A stretch of DNA of 38,318 nt from Jimgerdemannia flammicorona (taxonomy: Eukaryota), in the NCBI GenBank assembly GCA_003990765.1, contig RBNJ01000162.1, forward strand, positions 1 through 38,318, read 5' to 3'. The position numbers were made by a program, and so were the translations under genes. Each line of letters opens with the position of its first letter. Position 1 is the stretch's first letter. The notes under the pieces were generated by a model. It did no database searches. It worked only from the letters and a program-made list of their open reading frames with translations, and was not told where the DNA came from. This document shows, piece by piece, positions 36,050-38,318 of this stretch.

Positions 36050-36650
36050 AAAGCATCAAGTGAAGCGAGTTCATCCGACGCTACTCCAGAGGCCGCGGAG
36101 GTTGTCGAATGTCAGCAGCAGGTCCAGCGAGCGCGGGGCGCTGTCGCTATCCGAGTAGGGCCCGATGGCCCGGGTCAAGGCCCTTCTCGATCCTGCAGCA
36201 CGAGCGTGACCGTGGCCGCGACCGCGACCACGCACAAGCCGCCCGTGCCGTTCCACCCGCCGCGACGCGTCGTGGTCCAGCCAATAGTGCCGACGACGGC
36301 AGTCACTTCGACGGCGCTGCGGATGCCATGGCGATCCGTCGGCCGGCGGAAGTGACGACGGCGCAGAAAGAGGTGATGCTTACTGCGGCGGAGAAGGCCA
36401 AGAGGGCGGCGGGAGGAGGAAGCCCACACAGGCACGAGCAAAGGCTAAGGCTGAGGAGATGGCGAGAAGAAAGCCTGAGATTGGACGGTGGGATGAAAGA
36501 GAAGGGCCTCGGGGGCGGACTCCGTCGCCGTCACCGCGGCCGACGGATACGCACGAGCAGAACCCGCGACCGGTCAAGATTGCGCAGATCGACAATGTCA
36601 TGTCGAAAATTCGTGAGTCGTTGGGCGTCCGATTTACAGGGATAACCCAA
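36050..36650 (+). pseudogene. Fragmented relic of a large low-complexity/coiled-coil protein gene
   Basis: EVTTAQKEVMLTAAEKAKR / RREEEA / ARAKAKAEEMARRK is joined across two frameshifts, followed by KIAQIDNVMSKIRESL. GC-rich island with no clear start or splice structure. Confidence 0.45.
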
Positions 36651-37155
36651 GGTTTGCAATGGGAATTTAAATTTATGGCACACTTGCCTTGATGGTGGCA
36701 ATATGAAATTAGGGTGTCGTCCAAGAAACTTCCCCCCAATTGCCGTGACAGGATATAGATATAGATGACGAAGCCGGCCGGTGTTGGTATCGGAGACCGA
36801 TTGTTGCGGTTGCGGTCGGTGATGAATGACTGTATCTCTTCGGCATCTACTGTACACATGCAGTCCACCACTTCGTATTTACAACACGGTTCCGCGTAGT
36901 AAAACTGTCATGAGACACTGACCATTTTTCTCGCTATCCTTCAAAACAATTACGTTTACATTTCGTCATAATAAAGTTCAAATCTGACAAATTAACGATT
37001 ATGTACACACAATATTGTCGATGAAAATAGCTTGACAGAACAGATGGGCGTAAATAGGCGCGGAAATAAAGTGATGCTTCATTTCCTCGCGGACAATCTC
37101 GCACCTGGTTGACTCTCGCCAGTGAAATAGAAAAGAGTCAAGAAATCGTCCTAAG

Positions 37156-37253
37156 GATCATCCTTAACATGTCCAATGCTGTGATCTTCCTTAATATGCC
37201 CAATGCTGCGATCTTCCTTAATATTCCCAATGCTGTGATCTTCCTTAATATGC
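37156..37253 (+). repeat. 27-bp tandem repeat (~3.7 copies)
   Basis: GATCTTCCTTAATATGCCCAATGCTGT units. Confidence 0.85.
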
Positions 37254-37515
37254 CGCCAGTAAACCTTAGGGGATGCCTACTGTTGTCGGTTAATATCGTA
37301 GTCGAGTTCCGCGGCACAGGGCATTAGGTCGACGACTCGCTGTCTCCTTTTTGGTAAAAGAATATCAAGGATGTCCGCCACAACCTCTACGCTACAATCT
37401 CTAACCCAATCCCTCCATCGCCTGCCAATCGTGTATATTATCGCGAAATAAATGTACGAACGCCGCCATCCCACTTCTCCCGGCAACAGATGCGCGCAGC
37501 CCCCTTGCGGAGAAA

Positions 37516-37559
<44 letters not shown>

Positions 37560-38318
37560 CTTGGATGCCTTGTGGCCGGGGTTCCCGTCGCGCCATGAGC
37601 GCACCAAGGAGACATGGCGGAACCGGTGCACGAGCCCACAACGAAATTTGGGGTAAGCATGTTGTCGACGTGCGCGGAAGGGCCATCCCGCTCGATCCGC
37701 CGAGCAGCTCCGTGATTTCCATCGTATTATTACTTTTATTATTATGCTGGAAGTTTCAGGCCATTCCCCTCATGATTTCCATCTGGCGCGGTCTCTTTTT
37801 CGGGCCTGTGCAACGATTTTTTCAGCTAAGCCTGGAGAGGAGAGCATGGCTATAGGGCTCTTGCCCCATAAGGGGGTGATTTACAGAAACTATTTCCGTC
37901 CCTAGGTTGTAGAGCATGTCCGAGGAAAAACTGTGGTCGTAGACAATCCAGAATGCCTTTTTTTTTTTTTTTTCCGCCACGCCGCATGACGAGTAACCCC
38001 TCGTGATAGTAATTGCATGGTATAGGCGGGTTAGGCCAGCCAAAAGGGTCCTAGCTTCAAGCTAATATGAAAATCACACAAACTTTGATTAATGCTTTGA
38101 TAATGTTGTCACATCGAGTAAAGAGACACGGATGAAAGGTTCTGAATGCACAGTATTATGTAAGGCAACGAATATAATGTAAGCTTGTATTCAAATCTGT
38201 AACATAAATTTATGATGTTCACAGGGGGCAGTATGAAAGTCTGCAAGGTGTATAGGGGTCGTGACGCATTGAAGATCCGATAAATAAATCAATGTATTAA
38301 AAAAAAAAAAAAAATGTA

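Noticed and set aside
37371..37660. Possible exons MSATTSTLQSL... and tag|ILDALWPGFPSRHERTKETWRN..|gtaagc
   Set aside because: Could not be assembled into a continuous gene model; no recognised homology.
38150..38318. Possible 3' end of another truncated LINE (AATAAA plus poly(A))
   Set aside because: The window ends 4 bp after the A-run, so no TSD or coding evidence can be verified.

Overview
Eukaryotic, intron-rich DNA. It is most likely fungal, and the gene and TE repertoire suggests an early-diverging Mucoromycota/Endogonales-like genome (inference). The left half (1434-17744) is a single nested TE island. Its host is a decayed, intron-containing Sola DNA transposon with 28-bp imperfect TIRs and an ATAT target-site duplication (TSD). 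Three retroelements are inserted in it: (i) an unusual two-ORF, endonuclease-less Penelope-like element (PLE, 3920-8402) with pseudo-LTRs, an inverted terminal arm and a ~458-bp flanking duplication; (ii) a full-length L1/Tx1-type LINE (9933-15812); (iii) a 5'-truncated second LINE (16265-17450). The island is heavily eroded by C>T transitions and ends 19 bp upstream of an intact RBBP9-like hydrolase gene. The right half holds ordinary host genes: RBBP9-like hydrolase, importin-13, a TMX-type thioredoxin, an orphan tail-anchored protein and a LaeA-like methyltransferase, plus gene relics. The best candidate for an undescribed system is the non-telomeric, nuclease-less PLE. Its terminal architecture points to a twin-priming or hairpin-based integration mechanism.
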